This document shows, piece after piece, positions 1 through 12,600 of a stretch of 64,000 bases of DNA; within the stretch, counting starts at the first letter, position 1; each line of letters begins with the position of its first letter. A model generated the notes under the pieces. That model did no database searches and had not been told where the DNA came from. It saw nothing but the letters and a program-made list of their open reading frames with translations. The position numbers were made by a program, and so were the translations under genes. Origin of the DNA: Felis catus (taxonomy: Eukaryota). The DNA lies in the NCBI RefSeq assembly GCF_018350175.1, contig NC_058368.1:84260001-84324000 (forward strand), read 5' to 3'.

Positions 1-1106
1 TTTATGGTTTTATATATTTGGGTGCTTCTGAATTTGGTGCATAGACATTTATAATTGCTAGCTCTTCTTGATGAATAGACCCCATAATTATGATATAATG
101 CCCTTCTTCATCTCTTGTTACAACCTTTAGTTTCAAATATAGTTTGTATGATATAAGTATGGCTACTCCAGCTTTCTTTTGACTTCCAGTAGCATGATAG
201 ATGATTCCCCACCCTCTCACTTTCAATCTGAAGGTGTTCTTGGGTCTAAAATGGATCTCTTGTAGATATCAAATAGATGTGTCTTATTTTTTTTTATCCA
301 TTCAGATACCCTATATCTTTTGACTGGAGCATTTAGTCCATTTAGATTCAGTGTTATTATTTAAAGATATGGGTTTAGAGTCATTGTGTTATCTGTAGGT
401 TTCATGCTTGTAATGATGTCTCTGGTCCTTTGTGGTCCTTGCAATGTTCCATCCTCAGGATTTCTTGTAAGGCTGGTTTATTGGTGATGAATTCCTTCAG
501 TTTTTGTTTGTCTTGGAAAACATTTATCTATCCTTCTATTCTGAGTGACAGCCATGCTAGATAAAGGATCCTTGGCTGAATATTTTTCCTATTCACAACA
601 TTGAATATTTTCTGCCACTCCCTTCTGGACTGCCATCGGTCTACTACTCCCCTTATGTGTATAACCTTGTAAGTTAAGGCCCATTTGTCCCTAGCTGCTC
701 TCAGAATTCTCTTTATCTGTATTTTGCCAGGTTCACTATGATATGTCATGCAAAAGATCGATTCTTTTTATGTATGAAGAGCATTCTCTGTACCTCCTGC
801 ATTTTGATGTCTGTTTCCTTCCCCAGATTGGGGAAGTTCTTAGTTATGATTTGTTCAAGTATACTTTCCATCCTTTTCTCTCTCTTTCTACTTCCAGAAC
901 TCCTATGATATGGATATTATTACATTTCATTGAATCACATAGTTCTCTAATTCTCATCTCATGGTCCAGAATTTTTTTCTCTCTCTTTTTCTCACCTTTC
1001 TCTTTTTTCATAATTTTATCTTCTATTTTGCTTAATCCCCCCCTGCCTCTTCAATACTCACTGTGATGGCAGCTAGTTTATTTTGCCCCTCATTTACAGC
1101 ATTTTT

Positions 1107-1347
1107 ATTTTTTTTTATTTTTATTTTTTTTTTAATTTTTTTTTCAACGTTTATTTATTTTTGGGACAGAGAGAGACAGAGCATGAATGGGGGAGGGGCA
1201 GAGAGAGAGGGAGACACAAAATCGGAAACAGGCTCCAGGCTCTGAGCCATCAGCCCAGAGCCTGACGCGGGGCTCGAACTCACGGACCGCGAGATCGTGA
1301 CCTGGCTGAAGTCGGACGCTTAACCGACTGCGCCACCCAGGCGCCCC
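1107..1347 (-). mobile_element. Can-SINE (young felid type) inserted in L1 ORF1
   Basis: Reverse complement begins GGGGCGCCTGGGTGGCGCAGTCGGTTAAGCGTCCG; (CT)n and A-tail; flanking direct repeat CAGCATTTTTA at about 1097 and 1347. Confidence 0.95.
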
Positions 1348-2194
1348 AGCATTTTTAATTCATCATGACTATTTTTTAGTTCCTTGATCTCTGCAGCTAT
1401 AGATTCTCTACTGTCTTCTATTCCTTTTCAAACCCAGCTATTAATCTTATGACTATTATACTGAATTCTTATTTAGTTATATTGTTTATATCTGTTTTGA
1501 TCAATTCTTTAGCTATCATTTCTTCCTGGAATTTCTTTTGAAGAGAATTCTTCCATTTCATCATTCTGGCTAGTTTTCTTTCTCTTGTGTGTTTTAAAAG
1601 CTTTTTATGTACCCTGCACCTGTGAGCACTACTATATTAAAGAGGGGTCATACACTGTCCAGGATCTGGCCATTCAAGAGGTGTTTTTGGAGAATGTTAC
1701 TTGCTCTCTTTTGTTGTGACTTTGTTTGCTTTATCTCCCTACTCTTACTGATGTTTTGGACCCTCCATCAGGTGTGTTTTGATTTGTTCATTGAAGCAGC
1801 TCTGGAAAGGAAAACAAGCAAATAAAGCCAAAACAAACAAATAATAAAAATTTAAAAACAAAAACAAAAAACAAAAAACACCAGCTACAACTCAACCACA
1901 GGGTGGGGGTGGTGTTAATGGAAGGGGCCTTGTCCCATACAAACAGAGAAATGACAAGGGTAGGGAAAAAGAAAAGAAAAGAAACTTCACCAGACAGAGA
2001 AACTATACAGCTTAATCCAGAGAGAGAGAGATAGGAAAATAAAGAAGGAGATGTAGAACAGGTATAAAGAGAATAGATTAAATATGTCTGCTTAAACAAA
2101 CAAACAACCATAATAACCAGACTAGAGAAGGGAAGAAATAAGGAGAAAAGGAAGAAAAAAAATGCATAGACACAGATATAAATATCTGCGTCTA

Positions 2195-2196
2195 TC

Positions 2197-2230
<34 letters not shown>

Positions 2231-2310
2231 TAGATAGATGATATATATATAGCTATAGCTATAGCTATAGCTAGATTAGATATAGATATAGATATAGATA
2301 TAGATATAGA
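2195..2310. repeat. Compound microsatellite (CA)n/(GATA)n/(TAGCTA)n/(GATATA)n in L1 5'UTR
   Basis: Directly visible. Confidence 0.9.
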
Positions 2311-2843
2311 AAGAACTGTGCAAGAATTAAATCAGAAAATGTAAAACTGCTGGGTGCCTTGGAATCAGTTCAGTGCTGGTCTGGAAAAAGGACTGTCTAG
2401 TTCCTCAGCATCAATCCCACTCCAGTAGATAAGCAGTTACCGGGTGTGGAAGGGTGTGGTTTAATGTAAGTGGGTTCTGCCTCCATGGTGGGCCCACTGT
2501 TCTTTCCATGAATTCCTCCTTGCTGGCAATGGGAAGAAATATGGTGACACCCCAGTCTCTCCTCCATGGACCAGGTGTCCCAAACCACTCTGTTTAGGCT
2601 GTCCTCATTGTGCCACAGGTGCAAATGAGGAGGTTTGTCCCACTCCACCAACTGCCAAACCTCCCTTGCCCTTGGCTTGGATTCAAACCTGATGTCTTAA
2701 AAGGTCCTTCCCATGTGCCCTGGTTCCAGGGAAGTGCTGCTCCGAACCACCAACATGTGTCTTAATAGTGCCAAGGGTGTGGTTTTCCTCTTTGGCCAAC
2801 TCCCACACCTCTCTGGCTCTCAGCTGGGATTTAAACCCTTATA

Positions 2844-3049
2844 TATTTTTTTTAACATTTATTTATTTTTTGAGAGAGACAGAGCGTGAGCAGGGAGGGG
2901 AAGGGAGAGGGGGAGACACAGAATTCCAAAGCAGGCTCCAGCCTCTGAGCTGTCAGCACAGAGCCTGATGTGATGCTCAAACCCATGAACTGCAAGATCA
3001 TGATCTGAACTGAAGTCGGATTTAACCAGCTGAGCCACCCTGGTGCCCC
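2844..3049 (-). mobile_element. Can-SINE
   Basis: SINE body in reverse; TSD TAAACCCT(T/G)AT at about 2832 and 3050. Confidence 0.9.
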
Positions 3050-4927
3050 TAAACCCTGATGTCTTAAAGGATCACATTATGTGCTCCCCAGTTCTGGGGA
3101 AGTGCTGCTCCATGCCACTGATATATGACCTCTGGCTGGTGGGTGCAGGCAGTCTTTGTCCTTTGAATGGTTATATACTTTCTTCCCACAGCACACCAGG
3201 GAGGGGATTGTTTCCTCCCACTGTGGGATGAACCTCTAACTAGTTACTGAGGTTGGGGTTGGCTCCTCTCCTCCCCAGGTGCACGAACAGGGCAACCAGC
3301 CCCAGTCCAGAGAAAGCCCCACAGTTAGTGATTGGATCTTTCTCTATCTCATTCCGTGGTTTTTCTCTTGTCCAGATACAGTCTTATGCTTTTGAAGCCT
3401 CTCTTTCTCTTCCTTTTGTCTCTTTGCAGAAGGGGATCCCTCCCCTCCTTGCCTACACCACCCATTTTATCTCTTCCAGTTTTCAATCATGCACTATGGC
3501 CCACCAGGTTGTCCCCCATGGATCCCTGGAGATGTCTCTGTCATTCTGCAGCCAGGATTCTTGCAATTCAAAGTCCTTTGGAATCAACACAACTGTGTTT
3601 GAGGGACAAGGGAACTTCAGGTCTCCCTCCTTCCCTGCCATGTGGGATCTCCTTTCCAAAAAAAAAAAAAGTTATAACCAAAATGAAAAACCGACTGGTA
3701 TAATGACCACAAGAATGAAAGAAGCAGAAGAATGAAAAAATGATATAGAAGATAAACCTATGGAAAATAATGAAACTGAAAAGCAGAGGGAAAGAAAAAT
3801 ATTGGATCATAATGTAGACTTAGGGAACTCAGCAATTCCATAAAAATGTAATAGCATCTGTATCATAGGAGTCCCAGAAGAAGAGAGAAAAAAAGTGGCA
3901 GATTTATTTGAGCAAATGAGAGCTAAAATGTCCCTAATCTGGGAAAGGAAACAGACAACCAAATCCAGGAAACACAGAGAAATACCATCAAAATCAACAA
4001 CAATAACAACAACAACAACAGGTGAATAAGAAGGCATATCATAGTAAAATTTGCAAAATACAGCAATAAGGAAAATTCCCAAAAGCAGCAAGGGTAAAGG
4101 AATTCTTCATTTACAAGGGAAGATAAATAAAGCCAGCAGGAGGCCTTGACACAGAAACTTGGCAGGTCAAAAGAGAGGGGTATGATATATTCAACATGTT
4201 GAATGGGGAAAATATGCAACCAAGCATACTTTATCTAGCAAGGTTGTCACTCAGAATAGAAGGGGAGATAAAGAATTTCCCAGACAACGAAAAATTAGAG
4301 TTCGTGACCACTAAACTAGCCCTTTAAGAAATATTCATGGGGAGTATTTGAGTGGGAGAAAAATACCAAATGTGACCAAGACAGATGGGAATAAAGAAAA
4401 TCTACAGAAAAAATGACTTAACTGTTAATAAAATGGCATTAAATTTGTATCTATCAATAATAACTCTGAATGTAAATGGACTAAATGCTCCAATAGAAAG
4501 ACATAAGTATCATAATGGAAAAAAAAAACGCATCTATATGCTGCCTACAAGAGACTCATTTTAGACCTAAAGACACCTGTAAATTGAAAGTGAGGGCTTG
4601 GAGAGCAATTTATCATGCTACTGAATGTCAAAAGAAAGCTAGAGTAGCCATATTTATATCAGACAAAGTAGATTTTTTATTTTTATTTTTTTTATTTTTT
4701 TTATATATATGAAATTTATTGACAAATTGGTTTCCATACAACACCCAGTGCTCATCCCAAAAGGTGCCCTCCTCAATACCCATCACCCACCCTCCCCTCC
4801 CTCCCGCCCCCCATCAACCCTCAGTTTGTTCTCAGTTTTTAACAGTCTCTTATGCTTTGGCTCTCTCCCACTCTAACCTCTTTTTTTTTTTTTCCTTCCC
4901 CTCCCCCATGGGTTCCCGTTAAGCTTC

Positions 4928-7900
4928 TCAGGATCCACATAAGAGTGAAACCATATGGTATCTGTCTTTCTCTGTATGGCTTATTTCACTTAGCATCACA
5001 CTCTCTAGTTCCATCCACGTTGCTACAAAGGGCCATATTTCGTTTTTTCTCATTGCCACGTAGTACTCCATTGTGTATATAAACCACAATTTCTTTATCC
5101 ATTCATCAGTTGATGGACATTTAGGCTCTTTCCATAATTTGGCTATTGTTGAGAGTGCTGCTATGAACATTGGGGTACAAGTGGCCCTATGCATCAGTAC
5201 TCCTGTATCCCTTGGATAAATTCCTAGCAGTGCTATTGCTGGGTCATAGGGTAGGTCTATTTTTAATTTTCTCAGGAACCTCCACACTGCTTTCCAGAGC
5301 GGCTGCACCAATTTGCATTCCCACCAACAGTGCAAGAGGGTTCCCGTTTCTCCACATCCTCTCCAGCATCTATAGTCTCCTGATTTGTTCATTTTGGCCA
5401 CTCTGACTGGCGTGAGGTGATACCTGAGTGTAGTTTTGATTTCTATTTCCCTGATAAGGAGCGACGCTGAACATCTTTTCATGTGCCTGTTGGCCATCCG
5501 GATGTCTTCTTTAGAGAAGTGTCTATTCATGTTCTCTGCCCATTTCTTCACTGGGTTATTTGTTTTTCGGGTGTGGAGTTTGGTGAGCTCTTTATAGATT
5601 TTGGATACTAGCCCTTTGTCCGATATGTCATTTGCGAATATCTTTTTGCATTCCGTTGGTTGCCTTTTAGTTTTGTTGGTTGTTTCCTTTGCTGTGCAGA
5701 AGCTTTTTATCTTCATAAGGTCCCAGTAATTCACTTTTGCTTTTAATTCCCTTGCCTTTGGGGATGTGTCGAGTAAGAGATTGCTATGACTGAGGTCAGA
5801 GAGGTCTTTTCCTGCTTTCTCCTTTAGGGTTTTGATGGTTTCCTGTCTCACATTTAGGTCCTTTATCCATTTTGAGTTTATTTTTGTGAATGGTGTGAGA
5901 AAGTGGTCTAGTTTCAACCTTCTGCATGTTGCTGCCCAGTTCTCCCAGCACCATTTGTTAAAGAGGCTGTCTTTTTTCCATTGGATGTTCTTTCCTGCTT
6001 TGTCAAAGATGAGTTGGCCATACGTTTGTGGGTCTAGTTCTGGGGTTTCTATTCTATTCCATTGGTCTATGTGTCTGTTTTTGTGCCAACACCATGCTGT
6101 CTTGATGATGACAGCTTTGTAGTAGAGGCTAAAGTCTGGGATTGTGATGCCTCCTGCTTTGGTCTTCTTCTTCAAAATTACTTTGGCTATTCGGGGCCTT
6201 TTGTGGTTCCATATGAATTTTAGGATTGCTTGTTCTAGTTTCGAGAAGAATGCTGGTGCAATTTTGATTGGGATTGCATTGAATGTGTAGATAGCTTTGG
6301 GTAGTATTGACATTTTGACAATATTTATTCTTCCAATCCATGAGCAGGGAATGTCTTTCCATTTCTTTAAATCTTCTTCAATTTCCTTCATAAGCTTTCT
6401 ATAGTTTTCAGCATACAGATCCTTTACATCTTTGGTTAGATTTATTCCTAGGTATTTTATGCTTCTTGGTGCAATTGTGAATGGGATCAGTTTCTTTATT
6501 TGTCTTTCTGTTGCTTCATTGTTAGTGTATAAGAATGCAACTGATTTCTGTACATTGATTTTGTATCCTGAAACTTTGCTGAATTCCTGTATCAGTTCTA
6601 GCAGACTTTTGGTGGAGTCTATCGGATTTTCCATGTATAATATCATGTCATCTGCAAAAAGCGAAAGCTTGACTTCATCTTTGCCAATTTTGATGCCTTT
6701 GATTTCCTTTTGTTGTCTGATTGCTGATGCTAGAATTCCAGCACTATGTTAAACAGCAGCGGTGAGAGTGGGCATCCCTGTCGTGTTCCTGATCTCAGGG
6801 AAAAAGCTCTCAGTTTTTCCCCGTTGAGGATGATGTTAGCTGTGGGCTTTTCATAAATGGCTTTTATGATCTTTAAGTATGTTCCTTCTATCCCGACTTT
6901 CTCAAGGGTTTTTATTAAGAAAGGGTGCTGGATTTTGTCAAAGGCCTTTTCTGCATCGATTGACAGGATCATATGGTTCTTCTCTTTTTTTTTGTTAATG
7001 TGAAGTATCACGTTGATTGATTTGCGAATGTTGAACCAGCCCTGCATCCCAGGAATGAATCCCACTTGATCATGGTGAATAATTCTTTTTATATGCCATT
7101 GAATTCGATTTGCTAGTATCTTATTGAGAATTTTTGCATCCATATTCATCAGGGATATTGGCCTGTAGTTCTCTTTTTTTACTGGGTCTCTGTCTGGTTT
7201 AGGAATCAAAGTAATACTGGCTTCATAGAATGAGTCTGGAAGTTTTCCTTCCCTTTCTAATTCTTGGAATAGCTTGAGAAGGCTCGGTATTATCTCTGCT
7301 TTAAACGTCTGGTAGAACTCCCCTGGGAAGCCATCTGGTCCTGGACTCTTATTTGTTGGGAGATTTTTGATAACCAATTCAATTTCTTCGCTGGTTATGG
7401 GTCTGTTCAAGCTTTCTATTTCCTCCTGGTTGAGTTTTGGAAGAGTGTGGGTGTTCAGGAATTTGTCCATTTCTTCCAGGTTGTCCATTTTGTTGGCATA
7501 TAATTTTTCATAGTATTCCCTGATAATTGTTTGTATCTCTGAGGGATTGGTTGTAATCATTCCATTTTCATTCATGATTTTATCTATTTGGGTCATCTCC
7601 CTTTTCTTTTTGAGAAGCCTGGCTAGAAGTTTGTCAATTTTGTTTATTTTTTCAAAAAACCAACTCTTGGTTTCGTTGATCTGCTCTACAGTTTTCTTAG
7701 ATTCTATATTGTTTATTTCTGCTCTGATCTTTATTATTTCTCTTCTTCTGCTGGGTTTAGGCTGCCTTTGCTGTTATGCTTCTTTAGGTGTGCTGTTAGA
7801 TTTTGTATTTGGGATTTTTCTTGTTTCTTGAGATAGGCCTGGATTGCAATGTATTTTCCTCTCAGGACTGCCTTCGCTGCGTCCCAAAGCGTTTGGATTG

Positions 7901-8744
7901 TTGTATTTTCATTTTAGTTTGCTTCCATATATTTTTTAATTTCTTCTCTAATTGCCTGGTTGACCCACTCATTCGTTAGTAGGGTGTTCTTTAACCTCCA
8001 TGCCTTTGGAGGTTTTCCAGACTTTTTTCTGTGGTTGATTTCAAGTTTCATAGCATTGTGGTCTGAAAGTATGCATGGTATAATTTCAATTCTTGTAAAC
8101 TTATGAAGGGCTGTTTTGTGACCCAGTATATGATCTATCTTGGAGAATGTTCCATGTGCACTCGAGAAGAAAGTATATTCTGTTGCTTTGGGATGTAGAG
8201 TTCTAAATATATCTGTCAAGTCCATCTGATCCAATGTCTCATTCAGGGCCCTTGTTTCTTTATTGACCGTGTGTCTAGATGATCTATCCATTTCTGTGAG
8301 TGGAGTGTTAAAGTCCCCTGCAATTACCACATTCTTATCAATAAGGTTGCTTATGTTTATGAGTAATTGTTTTATATATTTGGGGGCTCCGGTATTCGGC
8401 GCATAGACATTTATAATTGTTAGCTCTTCCTGATGGATAGACCCTGTAACTATTATATAATGTCCTTCTTCATCTCTTGTTACAGCTTTTAATTTAAAGT
8501 CTAGTTTGTCTGATATAAGTGTGGCTACTCCAGCTTTCTTTTGGCTTCCAGTCGCATGATAAATAGTTCTCTATCCCCTCACTCTCAATCTAAAGGTGTC
8601 CTCAGGTCTAAAATGAGTCTCTTGTAGACAGAAAATAGATGGGTCTTGTTTTTTTATCCATTCTGATACCCTATGTCTTTTGGTTGGTGCATTTAATCCA
8701 TTTACATTCAGTGTTATTATAGAAAGATACGGGTTTAGAGTCAT
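4928..8744 (-). pseudogene. LINE-1 ORF2 (endonuclease/reverse transcriptase), disrupted
   Basis: Starts MTLNPYLSII at 8744; in-frame TAG at 8571; further breaks near 7914-7780 and about 6735; long open pieces 7914-8330, 6730-7596 and 4928-6646. Confidence 0.93.
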
Positions 8745-8794
8745 TGTGATGTCTGTATGTTTTATGCTTGTAGTGATGTCTCTGGGACTTTGTC

Positions 8795-9688
8795 TCACAG
8801 GGTCCCCCTTAGGATCTCTTGTAGGGCTGGTTTAGTGGTGACAAATTCCTTCAGTTTTTGTTTATTTGGGAAGACCTTTATCTCTCCTTCTATTCTAAAT
8901 GACAGACTTGCTGGATAAAGGATTCTTGGCTGCATATTTCTTCTGTCTAGCACCCTGAAAATCTCGTGCCAATTCTTTCTGGCCTGCCAAGTTTCAAAAG
9001 AGAGATCACTCACGAGTCTTATAGTTCTCCCTTTATATGTGAGGGCACGTTTACCCCTTGCTGCTTTCAGAATTTTCTCTTTATCCTTGTATTTTGCCAG
9101 TTTCACTATGATATGTCGTGCAGAAGATCGATTCAAGTTACATCTGAAGGGAGTTCTCTGTGCTTCTTGGATTTCAATGCCTTTTTCCTTCCCCAGTTCA
9201 GGGAAGTTCTCAGCTATGATTTCTTCAAGTACCCCTTCAGCACCTTTCCCTCTCTCTTCCTCCTCTGGGATACCAATTATGCGTATATTATTTCTTTTTA
9301 GTGTATCACTTAGTTCTCTAATTTTCCCCTCATACTCCTGGATTTTTTTATCTCTCTTTTTCTCAGCTTCCTCTTTTTCCATAACTTTATCTTCTAGTTC
9401 ACCTATTCTCTCCTCTGCCTCTTCAAGCCGAGCTGTGGTGGTTTCCATTTTGTTATGCATTTCGTTTAAAGCGTTTTTCAGCTCCTCGTGGCTGTTCCTT
9501 AGTCCCTTGATCTCTGTAGCAAGAGATTCTCTGCTGTCCTGTATACTGTTTTCAAGCCCAGCGATTAATTTTATGACTATTACTCTAAATTCACTTTCTG
9601 TTATATTATTTAAATCCTTTTTGATCAGCTCATTAGCTGTTGTTATTTCCTGGAGATTCTTCTGAGGGGAATTCTTCCGCTTGGTCAT
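8795..9688 (-). CDS. LINE-1 ORF1p (RNA-binding protein), intact 297 aa
   Basis: ATG at 9688 (MTKRKNSPQK...), coiled coil, RNNIRIIGIPE motif and C-terminal PALQEIL; no stops. Confidence 0.92.
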   Translation of the reverse strand: MTKRKNSPQKNLQEITTANELIKKDLNNITESEFRVIVIKLIAGLENSIQDSRESLATEIKGLRNSHEELKNALNEMHNKMETTTARLEEAEERIGELEDKVMEKEEAEKKRDKKIQEYEGKIRELSDTLKRNNIRIIGIPEEEERGKGAEGVLEEIIAENFPELGKEKGIEIQEAQRTPFRCNLNRSSARHIIVKLAKYKDKEKILKAARGKRALTYKGRTIRLVSDLSFETWQARKNWHEIFRVLDRRNMQPRILYPASLSFRIEGEIKVFPNKQKLKEFVTTKPALQEILRGTL

Positions 9689-12600
9689 TTTGGATAGTCC
9701 CTGGCGTGGTGAGGACCTGCAGGGCACTTCCCCTGTGCTGTGGTGTATAACTGGAGTTGGTGGGCGGGGCCACAGTCAGACCTGATGTCTGCCCCAAGCC
9801 CACCGCTGGGGCCACAGTCAGACTGGTGTGTGCCTTCTCTTCCCCTCTCCTAGGGGCGGGATTCACTGTGGGGTGGTGTGGCCCGTCTGGGCTACTTGCA
9901 CACTGCCAGGCTTGTGATGCTGGGGATCTGGCTTATTAGCTGGGGTGGGTAGGCAAGGTACACAGAGGCAGGAGGGGCAGGCTTAGATCACTTCTCCTTG
10001 GGTGATCCACTTCAGGAGGGGCCCTGTGGCAGCAGGAGGGAGTCAGATCTGCTGCCAGAGGTTTGGCTCTGCAGAAGCACAGAGTTGGGTGTTTGCGCGG
10101 GGCGAGCAAGTTCCCTGGCAGGAACTGGTTCTCTTTGGGATTTTGGCTGGGGGATGGGCGGGGGAGATGGCGCTGGCGAGTGCCTTTGTTCCCCGCCAAA
10201 CTGAGCTCTGTCGTCCGGGGGCTCAGCAGCTCTCCCTCCCTTTGTCCTCCAGCCTTCCCGCTTTCTGAGCAGAGCTGCTAACTTATGTCCTCCCAGAGGC
10301 TAAGTCGCGCTTGTTGTCGGAACACAGTCCGTCAGGCCCCTCCGCTTTTGCAAGCCAGACTCGGGGGCTCTGCTTGGCCGGCGAGCTGCCCCTCCGCCCC
10401 GGCTCCCTCCCGCCAGTCCGTGGAGCGCGCACCGCCTCGCTGCCCTTCCTACCCTCTTCCGTGGGCCTCTCATCTGCGTTTGGCTTCGGCGACTCCGTTC
10501 TGCTAATCCTCTGGCGGTTTTCTGGGTTATTTAGGCAGGTGTAGGTGGAATCTCCAAACTAGATTTTTTTAAACCAAAGACTATAACAAGAGATGAAGAA
10601 GGGCACTAAATCATAATTAAGGGGTATATCCATAAGAAGATCTATCAATTATAAATATTTATGTCCCCAACTTGGAATAACTCCAATATATAAACCAATT
10701 AATTACAAACATAAATGACCTCATTTATAATAATGCAATAATAGTAGGGGACTTTAACACCCCACTTACAACAATGGACAGGTAATCAAAACAGAAAATC
10801 CACAAGGAGACAATGGCTTCAAATAACACACTGGACCAGATGTACTTAACAGGTATATTCAGAATATTTCATCCTAAAGCAGGAAAATACACATTCTTTT
10901 CAAGTGCTCATGGGATATTCTCCAGAATAGATCCCATGCTCAGGCACAAATCAGAGCTCAAGAAATCAAAAAAAAATAATAATAATAATTAAAATCTGAG
11001 ATTGTACTATTCACATTTTCCTATCACAACGCTGTGAAACTTGAAGTCAACCACAAGAAAAAAAATGGAAAGATGAAATATCCATAGAGATTTTTAAAAA
11101 TCCTACTGAATAGTGAATGGGCTAACCAGGAAATTAAAGAAAAAAAATACATGGAAACATAATGGAAATGAAAACACAAAGTTCCAAAACCTTTAGGATG
11201 CAGCAAATGCTGCATAAGAGGGAAGTATATAGCAATACAGGTCTACCTCAGGAAGCAAAATAAAATAAAATAAAATAAAATAAAATAAAATAAAAAAATA
11301 AGATATACAAGTTAAACTTACACATTAAGCAGGTAATAAAAGAACATCCAATGGAGCCTAAAGCCAGAAGAAAAAGGAAAATAATAAAGATTAGAGCAGA
11401 AATAAATGATATAGAAACAAAAACAATCAGTGTAATAGATCAACGAAACTAGGAACTAGTTCTTTGAAAGAATTAATAAAACTGATAAATCCCTAGCCAG
11501 ACTTATGAAAAAAGAAAAGAGAAAGGACTCAAATAAATTAATGAATGAAAGAGGAGAGATCACAATGAACACCACAGAAACAAACAATTATAAACACAAT
11601 TATCTTGATAAGTCCCAGTAGTTCATGTTTGCTTTTGTTTCCCTTGCCTTTCCTTACCTGTGTTCTAACTTAGGATTTTGATGTTTTTCTGTCTCACATT
11701 TAAGTCTTTCATTCATTGTGAATTTATTTTTGTGTATGCTGGAAGAAAGTAGTCCAGATTCATTCTTCTGAATGTTGCTACCTAGCTTTCACAACACCAT
11801 TTGCTGAAGAGACTGTCTTTTTTCCATTGGATATCTTTCTTGCTTTGTAGAAGATTAGTTGATCATATAGTTTGACAGCATCCATTCTTGATAAAAACCT
11901 TCTACAAAGTAGGGATAGAGGGAACATATCTGAACATTATAAAGGCCATATATGAAAGACCCACAGCTAATATCATCCTCAATGAGTAAAAATTGAGAGC
12001 TTTTCCTCTACAGTCAGGAACAAGATAGGAATGTCAATTTCCACCATTTTTATTTAACTTAGTACTAGAAGTCCTAGCCTCAGCAATCAGACAACAAAAA
12101 GAAATAAAAGGTTTCCAAATCAGCAAAGAAGTCAAACTTTCACTCTTCGATGATGACATGATACTCTGTAGGAAACATGTAGTCAAAAGGCTCCACCAAA
12201 ATTTGCTAGAAATGATACACAAAGTCAGGAAACTCACAGGATAAAAAATCAATGTATAGAAATCTGTTGCATTTCTCTATACCTGTAATGAAGATGAGAA
12301 AGGTAAATGTAATGAATGATAAATATAATTAAGGATAAAGAGAAATCAAGGAATCAATCTCATTTATAATTGCATCAAAAACCATAAGATACTTAGGGAT
12401 AAACCTAAACCAAAAAAGTAAAAGATTTTTTACTTTGAAAACTATAGAACACTTATGAAATAACTTAAAGAGGACATAAAGAAACGGAAAAGCATTTCAT
12501 GCTCATGAATTAGAAGAATAAATATTGTTAAAATGTCTATACTATTGCAAACAATCTACATATTTAATATAACCCCTCTGAAAATACCAACAGCATTTTT

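Larger units (their letters stand above)
1..3657 (-). mobile_element. LINE-1, 5' portion (long 5'UTR, decayed ORF1, start of ORF2); continues off the window edge
   Basis: ORF2 endonuclease peptide KVRGW..YHATGSQKKAGVAILIS at 2-226; ORF1 C-terminal remnant at 528-749; the 5' end (reverse complement of about 3250-3650) aligns by eye with the L1 5'UTR starting at 50569. Confidence 0.9.
4679..10554 (-). mobile_element. Near full-length young felid LINE-1 (about 5.9 kb)
   Basis: CpG-rich 5'UTR, ORF1, ORF2, 3'UTR and A-tail; 15-bp TSD CAAA(G/C)TAGATTTTTT at 4664-4678 and 10555-10569. Confidence 0.97.

Noticed and set aside
9039..9665. 208-aa plus-strand ORF and similar Ser/Phe-rich ORFs (e.g. 55350-56468)
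   Set aside because: Antisense shadows of L1 ORF1/ORF2.
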